A stretch of DNA of 50,008 nucleotides. It comes from a phage. The position numbers were made by a program, and so were the translations under genes. The stretch lies in the sequence record PX418923.1; one strand, given 5' to 3'. The stretch's first letter is position 1, and each line of letters begins with the position of its first letter. Shown piece by piece: positions 17,186 to 28,266 of the stretch. The notes beneath the pieces were generated by a model that was not told where the DNA came from, did not search any database, and saw only the letters and a program-made list of their open reading frames with translations.

Positions 17186-20100
17186 TAGGGCTCCTTATAA
17201 CTATCAATAAAATCAATGGTATTTTGGATTTGGCTGCGTTGCTCTTCTGTAATGTTAGGCATACCGTTAACCAAATTCTTAAGTTCATCTTTGCTCATAA
17301 TGCCAGTCATGTTGAGCAAGTTCTTGTACATACGATTGTCACCACTCTCAAGGTCCTTTCTCAGGAGTTGGTCGATAATCTGCTTGGCTTTGAAATTGTC
17401 ATTTCCCCACACACGCCAAGCTTCACTGTAAACCTGAAGGATGTTGTTGTACTCTTCAGTCGATTTACCAGAAGCGACCATGTGTTGTTTCAGACCCCTA
17501 TACCATTCAGTTACGTCCTTCTCGAAAGATTTAGATTTTTCGTAAGTAGTGTTGCTCACCCAATAACGTTGAGCTTCATCCAAGGTGCCGAAGCCAAGGG
17601 CTTGTGCCATAGCTTCAGGAGTGGACACACGACTATCAGTTACGCCACCAAGGGTGTTAACCTTGTTACCATACTCCATAGCATAAGCTGCTTTGTACGC
17701 GTTAGAGAAACCAGACGACAACTTACCAAACTGCAAAGCCACTTGGCTAAACGTAGTTGGGTCTTCATAATCATCAATCAAGTTGAAGTAACGAGCAGCA
17801 GTCTTAGCAAAGTTGGTAATACGAGGGTTGTTACCAAACAGGAGCTGACCACTAGGAGTGGAAGCCAGGATGGTGCCAACATCAGTAGTGAACAGGCTGT
17901 GAATGAAGTCCATAGTTCCATACAAATTAAAGGGACTCAATCCGCTCCAGTCAATACGAGTTTCCTCGCCAGTAGCCAAAGACAACAGCTTGTTGAGCAT
18001 AGCCCCTTCAAGACCGTTAACCACAGCATCCCGAGCTACAGGGTCATTAGGCAGAATACTACCAAACCAACTATACATAGCAGCCGGTGGTAGAGTATAC
18101 ATCACTGCGTTAAACCCTAGCAGTCTCAACTTCTGTTGAGGAGTGAGTACACGGTTAGTAGTCATAGTGGTCAATGCTTTATGCGGAACTTGCATAAACT
18201 GGAAGACAGCAGCCAAGAAGTTCTGGTTGTACGGCATGTCACCAGCAGCGTTCATGTTGTAGGTGTAGTTACGTGCCAAAGCTGAAATTTCTTCCAGAGT
18301 GTCTTTAGCGTGTACGTCCTTACCTGCACGAATAGCTGCGTCACGATGGGCTAACCAAGCAGTCTGCATGTTCACGTTTTCACCAGCATCAAAACCAACT
18401 CGACGGAAGAAGGTCAACGGAGCAAAGTCTTTCTTAGCGGCTTGGTCAGCCAGACTAGCCATAGCACCACGGATTAGGTTTTGCTTGTCAATGGAAGCTA
18501 CAAGACCAGAGGCGTCAAACTCTTTAAACATCTGACGAGCTTCATCCAAAGTCATACCTGCTGCTTTAAGCAGGGCTTTGTTTGGAGCAATGCCAAGTTG
18601 GAAAGAGGTGAGGATGGTAATCTGAGGAGTAGCCAGTCCACTCATAATCCAACGGGGAAAGTTAGCGAAGAGTTGCACAGCTTGGTGGCTCTGCACTACC
18701 AATTGACGAAGTGGGTTAAGAGCTAGATACAGGTTGAACGCAATGTTCTTACCCATAGCACTCAAACCTCTTGCTTCACCTAGCCAAGTAAATGCCTTCT
18801 CAGTTTTAGTCAGTCCAGCATTACCAGCAATGTCTGCAATGGTTTTCAACGTAACTTTAATGCCATCATCAATGTGATTGATATAACCATCTTCCATGTA
18901 ACGCAGATAGGAGAAGGTAGTTCTAGCGTCAGCCAGTCTCTTACTATCCGGGGTGTGACCACCATAGTAACGAACATCATCAACCTTGCTCGGGAAAGTA
19001 GGTCTACCAAATTGATCTTTAGGCAGATACTCTCTGAACTGATTGACAAAGCGCTCTTTAGTAACTTCCAGATAGTCACGCATGCTCACACGGTTAGCAA
19101 TGCTACGAGCAGACAAGATCATACTATCTACAGGACCAAGGATGTTAGCCTGACTAGGGCTGCTCAAAGTAGAGGTGGCATCTTCCAACCTCTTACCACG
19201 AATCTTCTGAGCGCTACGACCTCTAGCAGATTGCAGGTCCCAATGATCATCACCTCTAAACCCTTCCTTCTTAAGGTCAGGACGACGATAGAAACCACTG
19301 GCACTGTCTACCGCTTTCATCCTACGAACCATCAAGTCTGCGTCTTTGACGTTGCCAGCAGTCGCTACAGCCTTCTCATACAATACATTGCCACGCTTAT
19401 CCTTCACCACTTTAACAATGAATTGCGGGTCTTTGTAATGTACAGAGTAGTAACCTCTGCGGTAGTTCAAGACTTGACTACTATCATTCAAAGCTCTCAG
19501 GTAACCTCTACCTGCCGCTTGCTCAGAAACAATAAACTCAGCCGCATCATCGCCCCTTTGTACGGGCTGACGCAATTGTGCTATAGTTCCATTACGTTGG
19601 TACAGATCAGTCAACTCTTCATTACTGAGAACTCTAATCTCATCATTGATATGGTCATACACCTTAGCTGAACGACCAATACGTTGACGGCTAACAGGGC
19701 GGGCAAACAGCCTAGTGTCATAAGCTTCGTCTACAAACTCTTGATAACCACGAGCACGGAGGGTGCGTGCCATGTCTTTATTCTCAATCCAATAGGCCGT
19801 GTCCCAATAGTGTTTCCAACTACGAAGAGTATCCATCTCGGCTTTGGTCAAACCGTCGGCTGCCATCTTGGCATAATCAAAATTTAAGCCTTGATCATTA
19901 GCTTCCTTGATGATATTGTTCAGCAAAGCTTGTCTTTCTTTAGGCAGCTTAGTGAAGTTATCAGTGAAGGTTTTACCTACGTCCAATAGTTGCTTCTCAA
20001 GGCTCGCAGCTTTGTCTACAGCGACGTTTGCACCCTTAATAATGGTAGGGTGAAGGGTAGAGGCAAAATCGAGCACATGAGCTTGTAGAGAGCCTGCACC

Positions 20101-21849
20101 AGCAGCGCCATTGAAAGCAGGGATACGGTCGAAGATGTTGTACTTAACATCGGCCTCAGCCCACTGAGCTACATCCAGAGGGGAGAACTTATACTCATGA
20201 TCAACCATAACCAAGAAGTCTGGTTGAGTGCGAGTGATAGACATACCTCTAGCGCCACCTGGACCACCTACGATAACATCCTTAGCCAACCTAATATTAG
20301 CTTGCTCGTCAGTTACAGCGTAATAGTTAGGGCCATCACGTTGCATGAGAATAATATTTTTATCCTCAACACCATAATCTCTCAGCGCCCACTTAGCCAT
20401 TTCCCTAGCTTCTTCAGCCGAGCTAAAGCCACCCTGAGCAGGTCCGTACATAGCACGAATCTTAACGCCATCGGGCAGGTCTTCTACTTGGAACATTTCC
20501 TTGCGGGCATTCATGCCATGCACTTGTTCAAAGTCGTTAACTACGTCTGCACGAAGTTGACGCTTCTCAGCTTCCCAATAGTGGATGGCTCCGTTATTGT
20601 TAACGAAGTCCATTAGTTCTGCTGGAGGGGTGATTTGTTGGTCGTACATTGCACCAGCATTTCCCACTTTAGCTTTGACACTATTGTCTACACTGCCAAT
20701 CTGAGGGGCCAGATCGTGTACAATAGCTTCTTCTCTCGAAGCACCGTACAGGGCTTGAGAAGCTTCACCAGTGAGGTCAGATGCAGCAGCTTCGTGTACA
20801 GCTTGTGCTTTAGCTGGGTTGGTGTCTTTATAGTTCTGACTAATAGTGGTCGGCTGTACACGGTTAACAACAGACTCACGTCTAATGTTTCGTGCAGTGT
20901 CTTCACTAATCCTAGCAGCCCTAGTGACACCACGAGCCACACGACCTACAAAAGCACCAAGACCTACGATGTTCAGAATAGAGACTACGTTATCCACCCA
21001 CTTAAAAGTGTCATTGTAATAACCCTCTTCCAAGAACGAACGGAGATAGTCGACTTTAGCAAAATCATTCTCGTCCACCATAACGATATTCTTGTTAGCG
21101 TTAACGGCGTTTACAACGGCCTGTGTGAAGCCGATACGTTGCTCCGGTGGGATGCTATTGATCATGTCCTTAATATCCATCTTAGCGTTTCCCAGCATAG
21201 CTGTGGCTTGGATATAGGCATGACCATCACCATTCTTAAGATCATCTAGAATGGTGCCAGCAAATTTGCTCTCTACGAACGGGATGAAATACTGAAACAC
21301 ATCAGCAAAAGCTGTCATAGTCTCAGCGTCTACAGCAGCTACTTGACCATTGAGTATGGCTTGAGCTTCCCTCTTATACTCGTTTACAGCTTGAACACTA
21401 TCAGCAAGATTAACACGAGTAAACTCCATTTCACTGTTCTCTTTACCAGAGGGTGCAATGATGGCGTTAGTGGAGAGAGTGTTACGAATATTGTATCTAC
21501 TATCTTGCCAATCGAGAACTCCAAGAGCCGCTTTCTTTTTCTCTTCATCAGAAACATTAGGGTCCACCAGAAGATTTACAAGGGCTTGTTTTTGTTGATT
21601 GAAAGATTGTTGCTTAGCAGTGTCAAAGATTGCTTGGGCCGCTTGCGACTTACCCTCCAACGACATTTCAGAGAGAGAAGTGTTGTAAGCGTCCATTACT
21701 TGCTGTGGGTCTTGGACAAGTGCAGCAGAGTGAGCGGCTAGGTTCAAGTTGGATGCTTGGTTGCTAACCGGTGCTGTTTGATTCACCCCAACTTGGAACT
21801 CACCAAGCTCCGGGGTAGCAGTAGAATTAAATTCTTGAAGACTAGCCAT
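17185..21849 (-). CDS. Large internal virion protein (gp16-like, 1554 aa)
   Basis: Size and position in the T7-like late gene order; function inferred. Confidence 0.5.
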   Translation of the reverse strand: MASLQEFNSTATPELGEFQVGVNQTAPVSNQASNLNLAAHSAALVQDPQQVMDAYNTSLSEMSLEGKSQAAQAIFDTAKQQSFNQQKQALVNLLVDPNVSDEEKKKAALGVLDWQDSRYNIRNTLSTNAIIAPSGKENSEMEFTRVNLADSVQAVNEYKREAQAILNGQVAAVDAETMTAFADVFQYFIPFVESKFAGTILDDLKNGDGHAYIQATAMLGNAKMDIKDMINSIPPEQRIGFTQAVVNAVNANKNIVMVDENDFAKVDYLRSFLEEGYYNDTFKWVDNVVSILNIVGLGAFVGRVARGVTRAARISEDTARNIRRESVVNRVQPTTISQNYKDTNPAKAQAVHEAAASDLTGEASQALYGASREEAIVHDLAPQIGSVDNSVKAKVGNAGAMYDQQITPPAELMDFVNNNGAIHYWEAEKRQLRADVVNDFEQVHGMNARKEMFQVEDLPDGVKIRAMYGPAQGGFSSAEEAREMAKWALRDYGVEDKNIILMQRDGPNYYAVTDEQANIRLAKDVIVGGPGGARGMSITRTQPDFLVMVDHEYKFSPLDVAQWAEADVKYNIFDRIPAFNGAAGAGSLQAHVLDFASTLHPTIIKGANVAVDKAASLEKQLLDVGKTFTDNFTKLPKERQALLNNIIKEANDQGLNFDYAKMAADGLTKAEMDTLRSWKHYWDTAYWIENKDMARTLRARGYQEFVDEAYDTRLFARPVSRQRIGRSAKVYDHINDEIRVLSNEELTDLYQRNGTIAQLRQPVQRGDDAAEFIVSEQAAGRGYLRALNDSSQVLNYRRGYYSVHYKDPQFIVKVVKDKRGNVLYEKAVATAGNVKDADLMVRRMKAVDSASGFYRRPDLKKEGFRGDDHWDLQSARGRSAQKIRGKRLEDATSTLSSPSQANILGPVDSMILSARSIANRVSMRDYLEVTKERFVNQFREYLPKDQFGRPTFPSKVDDVRYYGGHTPDSKRLADARTTFSYLRYMEDGYINHIDDGIKVTLKTIADIAGNAGLTKTEKAFTWLGEARGLSAMGKNIAFNLYLALNPLRQLVVQSHQAVQLFANFPRWIMSGLATPQITILTSFQLGIAPNKALLKAAGMTLDEARQMFKEFDASGLVASIDKQNLIRGAMASLADQAAKKDFAPLTFFRRVGFDAGENVNMQTAWLAHRDAAIRAGKDVHAKDTLEEISALARNYTYNMNAAGDMPYNQNFLAAVFQFMQVPHKALTTMTTNRVLTPQQKLRLLGFNAVMYTLPPAAMYSWFGSILPNDPVARDAVVNGLEGAMLNKLLSLATGEETRIDWSGLSPFNLYGTMDFIHSLFTTDVGTILASTPSGQLLFGNNPRITNFAKTAARYFNLIDDYEDPTTFSQVALQFGKLSSGFSNAYKAAYAMEYGNKVNTLGGVTDSRVSTPEAMAQALGFGTLDEAQRYWVSNTTYEKSKSFEKDVTEWYRGLKQHMVASGKSTEEYNNILQVYSEAWRVWGNDNFKAKQIIDQLLRKDLESGDNRMYKNLLNMTGIMSKDELKNLVNGMPNITEEQRSQIQNTIDFIDSYKEP

Positions 21850-21859
21850 CTATTCCTCG

Positions 21860-22417
21860 TTATTGAAACAAATTAAGTGTATACGGATTTGATACAGTTG
21901 ACGGGGACATTGAGCCAGCAGCTACCCCAGCAGAACCAGTACCGATGCCAGGATTTGCTGCTGCTGCGCTGGCGGCCCCAAAGCCACTGTACAGACTCAA
22001 CCCGGTCATAGCCAATTGAGTAAATTGTTGACCGCTCTGCGCCCTTACCTGAGCGTCAGAGGCTTTCTGTTGGTAGTAACCAATGGCCAAGTTAGCCTGT
22101 TGTTCTGACGTAATGTTAGAAATGTTCTGGCCTACTTGAGTATTGATAGCTGATTCAGCCCCAATCTGGCCAGAACTGGCAGCTACGCCCGTGTTCTGAG
22201 AAGACTGCTGAATCTGTGCCCGCCTAACACGTTCTTGTCTAAGTTGTTGTCGTTTAGTTTCTAGGTCCCTATTCATCCGTTCGTTTTGAGCAGTGGAGGC
22301 TGCCTTCCTTTGCGCTTTGGCAGCATCTTCCATAGCATCTTTCTGAGTGATGATATCATTAGCTTTACTTGCTGCTGTTACGGCAGCGATAGTGATGGAG
22401 ATCGGATCAGCTCCCAT
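21860..22417 (-). CDS. Hypothetical virion protein (Gly/Ala/Gln-rich)
   Basis: GGAGG RBS before ATG 22417. Confidence 0.45.
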   Translation of the reverse strand: MGADPISITIAAVTAASKANDIITQKDAMEDAAKAQRKAASTAQNERMNRDLETKRQQLRQERVRRAQIQQSSQNTGVAASSGQIGAESAINTQVGQNISNITSEQQANLAIGYYQQKASDAQVRAQSGQQFTQLAMTGLSLYSGFGAASAAAANPGIGTGSAGVAAGSMSPSTVSNPYTLNLFQ

Positions 22418-22707
22418 CTAAGTACCTCCAATTTTTCTCCGTTAACCTCTATAGTATCTAGATGATCAAAAGAATTGTCTAGCACCCTACAGAATTTTAT
22501 ATTAGGTGTATATGTATGGATGTAATCAAAACCAGAAATATACGCTTCCTCTTTGATTATAGCCCACCAAGTTTTCAATTTTTTCATGAGGTAAATACTA
22601 GGCTCTGCTTTAATGTAGCAGTGACAGAACAAGAGGCCATCTCTGACCTCTGCCCCGACTTTTACTTCAGAGTCTTCACATACCACTACTTCATTAGACT
22701 GTTCCAT
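22378..22707 (-). CDS. Hypothetical protein
   Basis: ORF in late operon; 3' end overlaps next gene. Confidence 0.35.
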   Translation of the reverse strand: MEQSNEVVVCEDSEVKVGAEVRDGLLFCHCYIKAEPSIYLMKKLKTWWAIIKEEAYISGFDYIHTYTPNIKFCRVLDNSFDHLDTIEVNGEKLEVLRWELIRSPSLSLP

Positions 22708-25009
22708 TCACATCCACCAACATAGACCAACCATAAATGTGAAGATTCTTCTTAGGTTCTGTGGTGATATACAGAGACAAAACTTTACCACTCCCCCTTA
22801 GTTTACTCTTAGTCTCGACGACAGAGTTACCATCATCGAACCTATTCTCAATAGAGTCAGGGAAGAAGTGTCTTCTAAACCTGTACGCTTGCCACGTCCT
22901 ACCCCATTTGTTGGAGACAGGTGAGTTAGTCCAAGCCCATTGACTTTGTACTAAACAAGAAGACTGATTGGTTGGCACCCAATCACCTTCCCCATCTTCC
23001 AAAAATCCATCTTCAGTCTTTCTGAAATGGAACGTGATGTAGGGGACATACTTTTCTCTTTGATAATCAGCCCCGGATAAATAGCCAGTTAGCAAGTAAG
23101 CTGTTGCATCAACACCTACTCCATCTACTGTTCTCCAATCAGTAAAGGTGTCGTCTGTATACGAACCGAACGTGATTTTAATGGAGGGGTACAGATCAGT
23201 GACTATAATGTACTTAGTCTCCCTAATGGCTGTCGATCTGGTAGTGACGCTAACTGTTACATTATCGCCATCTACAGTAACGATCTCACCTTGTACGGTG
23301 ATGTCATCATCGATTTCCATAACCCTGTACGGCGGGATTTTTACTGATCCAACTGGCATAGGCAATCTGTTAGCTGCCACACTGCCAATTTTAGCTGGGT
23401 AGAAAGCTCCTAACGCTAAGTCAAAGACAAGCTCTACAACCGGTTCATCCCTGTTGTCCAGAACGGTGTTATACAACCACTTAACTTTCTTGTCATAACT
23501 GTCGTAAAATCCAGAAGCATTTATGATGGAATCGGATGGAATGCTTTCATAATACTTTTGAATGGTCTTTTCAGTTAAGTTGTTAGCAACATAATCACCA
23601 TATTGGTTCCTAGCCAAGTGGTAAATGCCATCTGCTCCCCAATACATGAAGGTGTTATCGATAACAACTACGGAGTTTGGAGAAGAACAACCTCTGTCAC
23701 TAATTTTGGTGACCAAATAGTTAGTAGCGGTAAATCCGTAGTCACTACCGCCTTGGATCATCCACACACCATTTGCTGCAACAACCATTACAGCACTGCC
23801 AACATTGACCAGTTTGATTATGTCATAGGCACCTTCAATTCGGATGAACCCGCCATCAGTATCTAACAGTTCAGGCTCTTCCTTGCTGGTAGGGTCTCCA
23901 TCTTGGTAGCAATTGACAATATCAGCAGGGCTATCAACAAGTTGGCTGAACAGTACATAAGAGACCATTCTTGGAGATTGATCATCACCACCAATGATTT
24001 GACCGGAGAACCCAGCGTACCAAACACGGCCTGCATACTCACACACCACAGAAGCCCCACCAGGGGTCTCATCTTGCGGCAGAGACGAGACGCCATACCC
24101 AAGGGAGGGGTACCGTTGTTTAAGCTTTGCAGCCTCTTCTAGGCGGCTTTTACCACGAGCCATAGCATCGATAATAAAGAATCCACGAGCCGTTTCAAAT
24201 GTGCCGACTGGGTTGAGCACAATGTCTTCAGCCCTAAATCTGTCAGTGGTGCTCGGCTCAACGTCTGCCCTCTTAGACAGGGCTAAGTTAACCGAGTCAG
24301 AGTTGGAGGGGAATTTGTTAGAAGCAGCCACCCTAAAAGTAGAGATAGGGTCAGATGGTTCGTTACTATGCCAAGTTGCCCTTGGTACGCCGAAAGTTTG
24401 GTTTCGTAGGTTATAGATATGGGCGTCAGTTTGAATGGTAGGTCTAGTGGCGATATCATTACCTTGCCTAAGATCAACTCCAGCAACTATGTCTTGAACG
24501 CCGAACAAATCTCTTACCAACAACTTCTTAGTAGATACAGATACCACCCCATTTTCATAATCGAAAATGTATATGTCTCTACCACCATTTACCACTACCA
24601 ACAGGCCATCTACTACAGCATAAGACAACTTTTGAGTTACGTCCATGCTAGAGAAGGTGTAAGTAAAGAAGTTACCAGTAGATACTTGTTGATTGTTAGT
24701 TTGGAAGAATTTCAACTCCCTACCAACTTGCACTACGCTAATCCACCTACCAACCTCACCTCCAGCGTTCTCCCAGTTCACAGATGTTATAGCGGTCAAC
24801 CCTTGATCAGAGACAGGAGTGTTGCAAGTTACTTTGACATAGCCTTCTTCAAAGTCCATGCCGTTTCTTCTGTTACGAGAGCCGTCCCTATTTAGTACGA
24901 AGTTAACTTCATCTAGAGACGCATTTTGAGGAAAAGTAAGGGGGCTAGCCTCAGTGATTAAGCCCCCGACAAAAGTATTGAACTCCGCTGCATTAGTCGT
25001 CTTTGCCAT
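22694..25009 (-). CDS. Tail tubular protein B-like (gp12-like, 771 aa)
   Basis: Size and position after the tail tubular A-like gene. Confidence 0.5.
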   Translation of the reverse strand: MAKTTNAAEFNTFVGGLITEASPLTFPQNASLDEVNFVLNRDGSRNRRNGMDFEEGYVKVTCNTPVSDQGLTAITSVNWENAGGEVGRWISVVQVGRELKFFQTNNQQVSTGNFFTYTFSSMDVTQKLSYAVVDGLLVVVNGGRDIYIFDYENGVVSVSTKKLLVRDLFGVQDIVAGVDLRQGNDIATRPTIQTDAHIYNLRNQTFGVPRATWHSNEPSDPISTFRVAASNKFPSNSDSVNLALSKRADVEPSTTDRFRAEDIVLNPVGTFETARGFFIIDAMARGKSRLEEAAKLKQRYPSLGYGVSSLPQDETPGGASVVCEYAGRVWYAGFSGQIIGGDDQSPRMVSYVLFSQLVDSPADIVNCYQDGDPTSKEEPELLDTDGGFIRIEGAYDIIKLVNVGSAVMVVAANGVWMIQGGSDYGFTATNYLVTKISDRGCSSPNSVVVIDNTFMYWGADGIYHLARNQYGDYVANNLTEKTIQKYYESIPSDSIINASGFYDSYDKKVKWLYNTVLDNRDEPVVELVFDLALGAFYPAKIGSVAANRLPMPVGSVKIPPYRVMEIDDDITVQGEIVTVDGDNVTVSVTTRSTAIRETKYIIVTDLYPSIKITFGSYTDDTFTDWRTVDGVGVDATAYLLTGYLSGADYQREKYVPYITFHFRKTEDGFLEDGEGDWVPTNQSSCLVQSQWAWTNSPVSNKWGRTWQAYRFRRHFFPDSIENRFDDGNSVVETKSKLRGSGKVLSLYITTEPKKNLHIYGWSMLVDVNGTV

Positions 25010-25181
25010 TAGAGTCTACCTTCTTGCTCAGGAAAGTATCAATAGCTACCTTAGCAATACGGTCATTAGTGAACTTACCCCGCAGGGACATGTGTACTGA
25101 ACCCTTGCCAAGAGGTTTAATTTCTTTGAAGCCATAAGTTCCGTCATTGACGATCTGATAGCCTTTGTATTCTACGCTCAT
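24993..25181 (-). CDS. Small hypothetical protein
   Basis: AAGGA RBS; 62 aa. Confidence 0.4.
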   Translation of the reverse strand: MSVEYKGYQIVNDGTYGFKEIKPLGKGSVHMSLRGKFTNDRIAKVAIDTFLSKKVDSNGKDD

Positions 25182-25190
25182 AATTTTTCC

Positions 25191-25994
25191 TTAAGGTGTG
25201 GGTTTCTTGTTGTGTTTATCGAAGTAGGGGGAGCTTTGATACTTCATGCTGTTCCTACCATAGTTGGGATATTTGATACCACCGTTCACTCTCCAAGCTT
25301 TTCGACTCAACCAAGCTTGCTGACGCTGTGCTTCTTGTTCAGCCTTCTGGTTAGCCATCTGCTTAATGGTGATAAATGCCCTGCTCTTGGCTTCTTCAAG
25401 AAGGGCAGCACGGGCCTCTTCTGGAATTTCTGGGATGAAATCATCATCCAGCAAGAACACAGGCATAACATACGCCATAGCTTGAATCTTGGATTTTTGC
25501 AGTGTATCATCCACTGCCTTATCATAAGAATCGAAAATAAGCGTAGTATCATCAAAAGAGGTGTAGTATGTCGGGGCTAAATCATTTCTAATCAACAGCT
25601 CTACACCAGAGGGATCAATAATAACATCAATGTTATCTTGATCATTGTTTCTCTTACTAATGGAGCGGAGGAAGTCATCAGGTTCAGCCCACTTCATAGT
25701 CCTGTATCTCTTACGGGTTTCCCCATCTTTAACACAGTCATAGTTAATGAAGCACATTTCCTTAATGGGAGTTTGCAACTTCATGTGGGTTGGATAAGCA
25801 TCATCACCAGACGGTTCAAGCTGAATAAGCTTTCTTTGATGTGGCCAATTCCTATTGCTCATCATAGACATGTAGACAGATTTTACAATCTGGGCTACTT
25901 GCATAGACTCAATAGTGTCGTTGATGCTGTTGACTTCATCACTGCTCATTTCAGAGAGTATGTCTTGCACAATATCGAGCAGTGTCTTAATCAT
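25191..25994 (-). CDS. Tail tubular protein A-like
   Basis: Position upstream of tail tubular B-like gene; AGGAAG RBS. Confidence 0.4.
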   Translation of the reverse strand: MIKTLLDIVQDILSEMSSDEVNSINDTIESMQVAQIVKSVYMSMMSNRNWPHQRKLIQLEPSGDDAYPTHMKLQTPIKEMCFINYDCVKDGETRKRYRTMKWAEPDDFLRSISKRNNDQDNIDVIIDPSGVELLIRNDLAPTYYTSFDDTTLIFDSYDKAVDDTLQKSKIQAMAYVMPVFLLDDDFIPEIPEEARAALLEEAKSRAFITIKQMANQKAEQEAQRQQAWLSRKAWRVNGGIKYPNYGRNSMKYQSSPYFDKHNKKPTP

Positions 25995-25995
25995 A

Positions 25996-26646
25996 TTAAC
26001 TTCCTGAGAATTTGCTCACAATGATAGTTGCAGAAGGGCTGATATTCCAACCAGATAAGATTGGGGTTGCAGCTAGCAGGCCACCACTGTTATTTCCAGA
26101 GCTGTCCCTCATAATCTCCATCGCCAGTGTGGTGCCAGGTGTGACATTAAAACCTAACGTTGCAGAGAAGGGTATAGTAATACTAGTATTGTCAAAACTG
26201 CAAGTGTTAGTATTCAACCCTTGCAAACCGTTAAGCAAAATTCTATTCAAAATGACTGAGGTGCCAGCACCACCAGTACGTCCAAATCGTAGGAAAAACG
26301 TGACAATATAATTACCAGCAGTGTTAAATGTTACTGTGCCATTGCTGGCTAAGTCCACGTCAGTAGTGGTTTGAGCACTGCCAAAAGTAACTTGAAGAGG
26401 TGTGTCTACTGATGCTGGCTGTTGGTTAGCTCCACTAAAGGACGACAGTACAAACTCATATCCATCAATGACAGGTACGTTAGCGATGTTAGAGTAGTCC
26501 ACAAATTTAAAAGTGGTAGTTCCATCGCCATCAGAGTGCAAAACAGTGTTCAACGTAGCGGTACTGGCACCCTTAACTTCATGGCGTTGGCTATCGGGAA
26601 TGCTTACGTGTTCCAATATAATTCTCCAATAAAAAGGGCCGGCCAT
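25996..26646 (-). CDS. Hypothetical virion protein (Thr/Ser-rich)
   Basis: ORF-track ORF 25996-26751 trimmed to internal ATG (MAGPFYW) downstream of the preceding gene. Confidence 0.4.
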   Translation of the reverse strand: MAGPFYWRIILEHVSIPDSQRHEVKGASTATLNTVLHSDGDGTTTFKFVDYSNIANVPVIDGYEFVLSSFSGANQQPASVDTPLQVTFGSAQTTTDVDLASNGTVTFNTAGNYIVTFFLRFGRTGGAGTSVILNRILLNGLQGLNTNTCSFDNTSITIPFSATLGFNVTPGTTLAMEIMRDSSGNNSGGLLAATPILSGWNISPSATIIVSKFSGS

Positions 26647-26668
26647 TTCTGACCAGCCCTTAGCCCAG

Positions 26669-26935
26669 TTAGGTAACAATAGTACCTGCTGCCCGAAGGC
26701 TAGCGAGGAGGGCATTGAGTTGAGTGACAGCAGAAGCTTCGTCAGTAGCATTAGCTACAGCAACGCCTTTCTTAACGCCACCTACAACAGAGGTGGTTGC
26801 AGCCGGGACAGGATCACCAGCACCACCCTCTAGTTTTTGTTCATAGTAAATTGCTTCCAAGTCTGCAATGGCGGCAGTGTCGCTGCCAGTTACAGATTGG
26901 AGATACGCACGTTTAGCATCAACTACGGAAGTCAT
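26669..26935 (-). CDS. Hypothetical protein (88 aa)
   Basis: Strong AAGGAGG RBS. Confidence 0.45.
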   Translation of the reverse strand: MTSVVDAKRAYLQSVTGSDTAAIADLEAIYYEQKLEGGAGDPVPAATTSVVGGVKKGVAVANATDEASAVTQLNALLASLRAAGTIVT

Positions 26936-26944
26936 ACAACCTCC

Positions 26945-27301
26945 TTAGACTGCTACGTTTCGGAAACGAATTACCAGAACACCACCAGTACCACCAGTTT
27001 GAGCAAGCACGCCAGTGTTGTTAGCAGCAAGCATAACCGGGGAGGCTTCAGTGGCAGCGAAAACAGCTACACCACCAATGGTCACAGCAGAGACAGTACC
27101 TTCAGCGAAGGAGTCATCTACAGCAACTACCTCTACACCGCCCGGATAAATCGGGAATTTAAACGGCAGGCCGGTGTCTTCAAGGTTCCATACGAACTCG
27201 TATTGATAACCTTCGGTCTTGAACACGCCACGAGTACCACCCGTGCCACGAGGGCCGTAGTGGTTACTGACGTTCAGACCAGTGTTGGATTCATAACCCA
27301 T
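26945..27301 (-). CDS. Hypothetical virion protein, possible capsid decoration
   Basis: ATG at 27301 preceded by AGGAG, directly after capsid gene. Confidence 0.45.
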   Translation of the reverse strand: MGYESNTGLNVSNHYGPRGTGGTRGVFKTEGYQYEFVWNLEDTGLPFKFPIYPGGVEVVAVDDSFAEGTVSAVTIGGVAVFAATEASPVMLAANNTGVLAQTGGTGGVLVIRFRNVAV

Positions 27302-27314
27302 TATTATTCTCCTA

Positions 27315-28256
27315 TTAGTAAGCGGTTGCAGAAGTAGCCAGGAGACCCAGAGTATCCAGACGTTGGATACCAAAGCCATAGCGGCAACGAACTACGTGTT
27401 CATCACGAGCACGATCTTTGTTACGCTCACCTTCGGATTTGGGCATACGACGCCATGCACCCATGATCGGCTTGGTTTGGTCGTCCAGAATACACATGAA
27501 CAGGTTACCAACATAACCATTGCCAGTGGTGGTGCCATCGTTGTAGTTAGCTACATGCAGACGGTTGGAAGTGAGGATATCCCAGCCGTACAGGTTCATG
27601 ATGAAGCGTTGACCACGAGCCATACCGCTTTCGAGAATCATCTTACCGAACTCGGTTACGTCGTGGGTGATGGTTACCAGACCATTCAGAGTGGCCTCAG
27701 CTACCGGGTCAACAATGAAGACACGGCCTTCAGCCGGAACGTTAGCCTTATCGAAGGCTAGACGCATAGCGATGAGGTGCTTCAGTGCAAAGACGCCATT
27801 GGTCTCAGCGGAGACAATAACGTGCGGGAAACCGTTAACATTGTGAGGACCAGGGTTAGCTGCGAAGTACTCAGCACCAGTCTTCAGGAAGTCGGTTTCG
27901 AAGGTTTCTTGGATAGCACGAGTGGACTCAGCAGCACGCTCTGCCATCAGACGGTCAATATCAGTACCATCTTCACGCAGGTCGTCAGTCACATACCAAG
28001 CATCGCCTTTGTATTCGGTGATTTGGAAAGTGATCTCGCCAGTCTCAATCGGGTTGTAAATCAGCGGGGTATCTTCTTCTGCTTCTTGCAGAGTTACCGA
28101 GCCGATGGTTTTGATATGCAGGGTCTCGCCCGAGCCGAAATCAGAAACGTTGCGATAGAAAGTTTCCGGCAGCAGACCATCATGCAGGTTCAGAAGAATG
28201 AACTTGCTATATTGTTCACTCTCGATAAACGCACGGGTATTAGAAGTAAGTTGCAT
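27315..28256 (-). CDS. Major capsid protein
   Basis: 313 aa, directly after scaffold-like gene; AAGGA RBS; call by position and composition. Confidence 0.6.
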   Translation of the reverse strand: MQLTSNTRAFIESEQYSKFILLNLHDGLLPETFYRNVSDFGSGETLHIKTIGSVTLQEAEEDTPLIYNPIETGEITFQITEYKGDAWYVTDDLREDGTDIDRLMAERAAESTRAIQETFETDFLKTGAEYFAANPGPHNVNGFPHVIVSAETNGVFALKHLIAMRLAFDKANVPAEGRVFIVDPVAEATLNGLVTITHDVTEFGKMILESGMARGQRFIMNLYGWDILTSNRLHVANYNDGTTTGNGYVGNLFMCILDDQTKPIMGAWRRMPKSEGERNKDRARDEHVVRCRYGFGIQRLDTLGLLATSATAY

Positions 28257-28266
28257 TTCCTATTCC

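Noticed and set aside
15395-19671. Plus-strand ORFs from the track (15395-16222, 17224-18093, 18874-19671) inside the virion-protein region
   Set aside because: They lie antisense to long minus-strand genes with RBSs and operon context; they are most likely non-coding shadow frames
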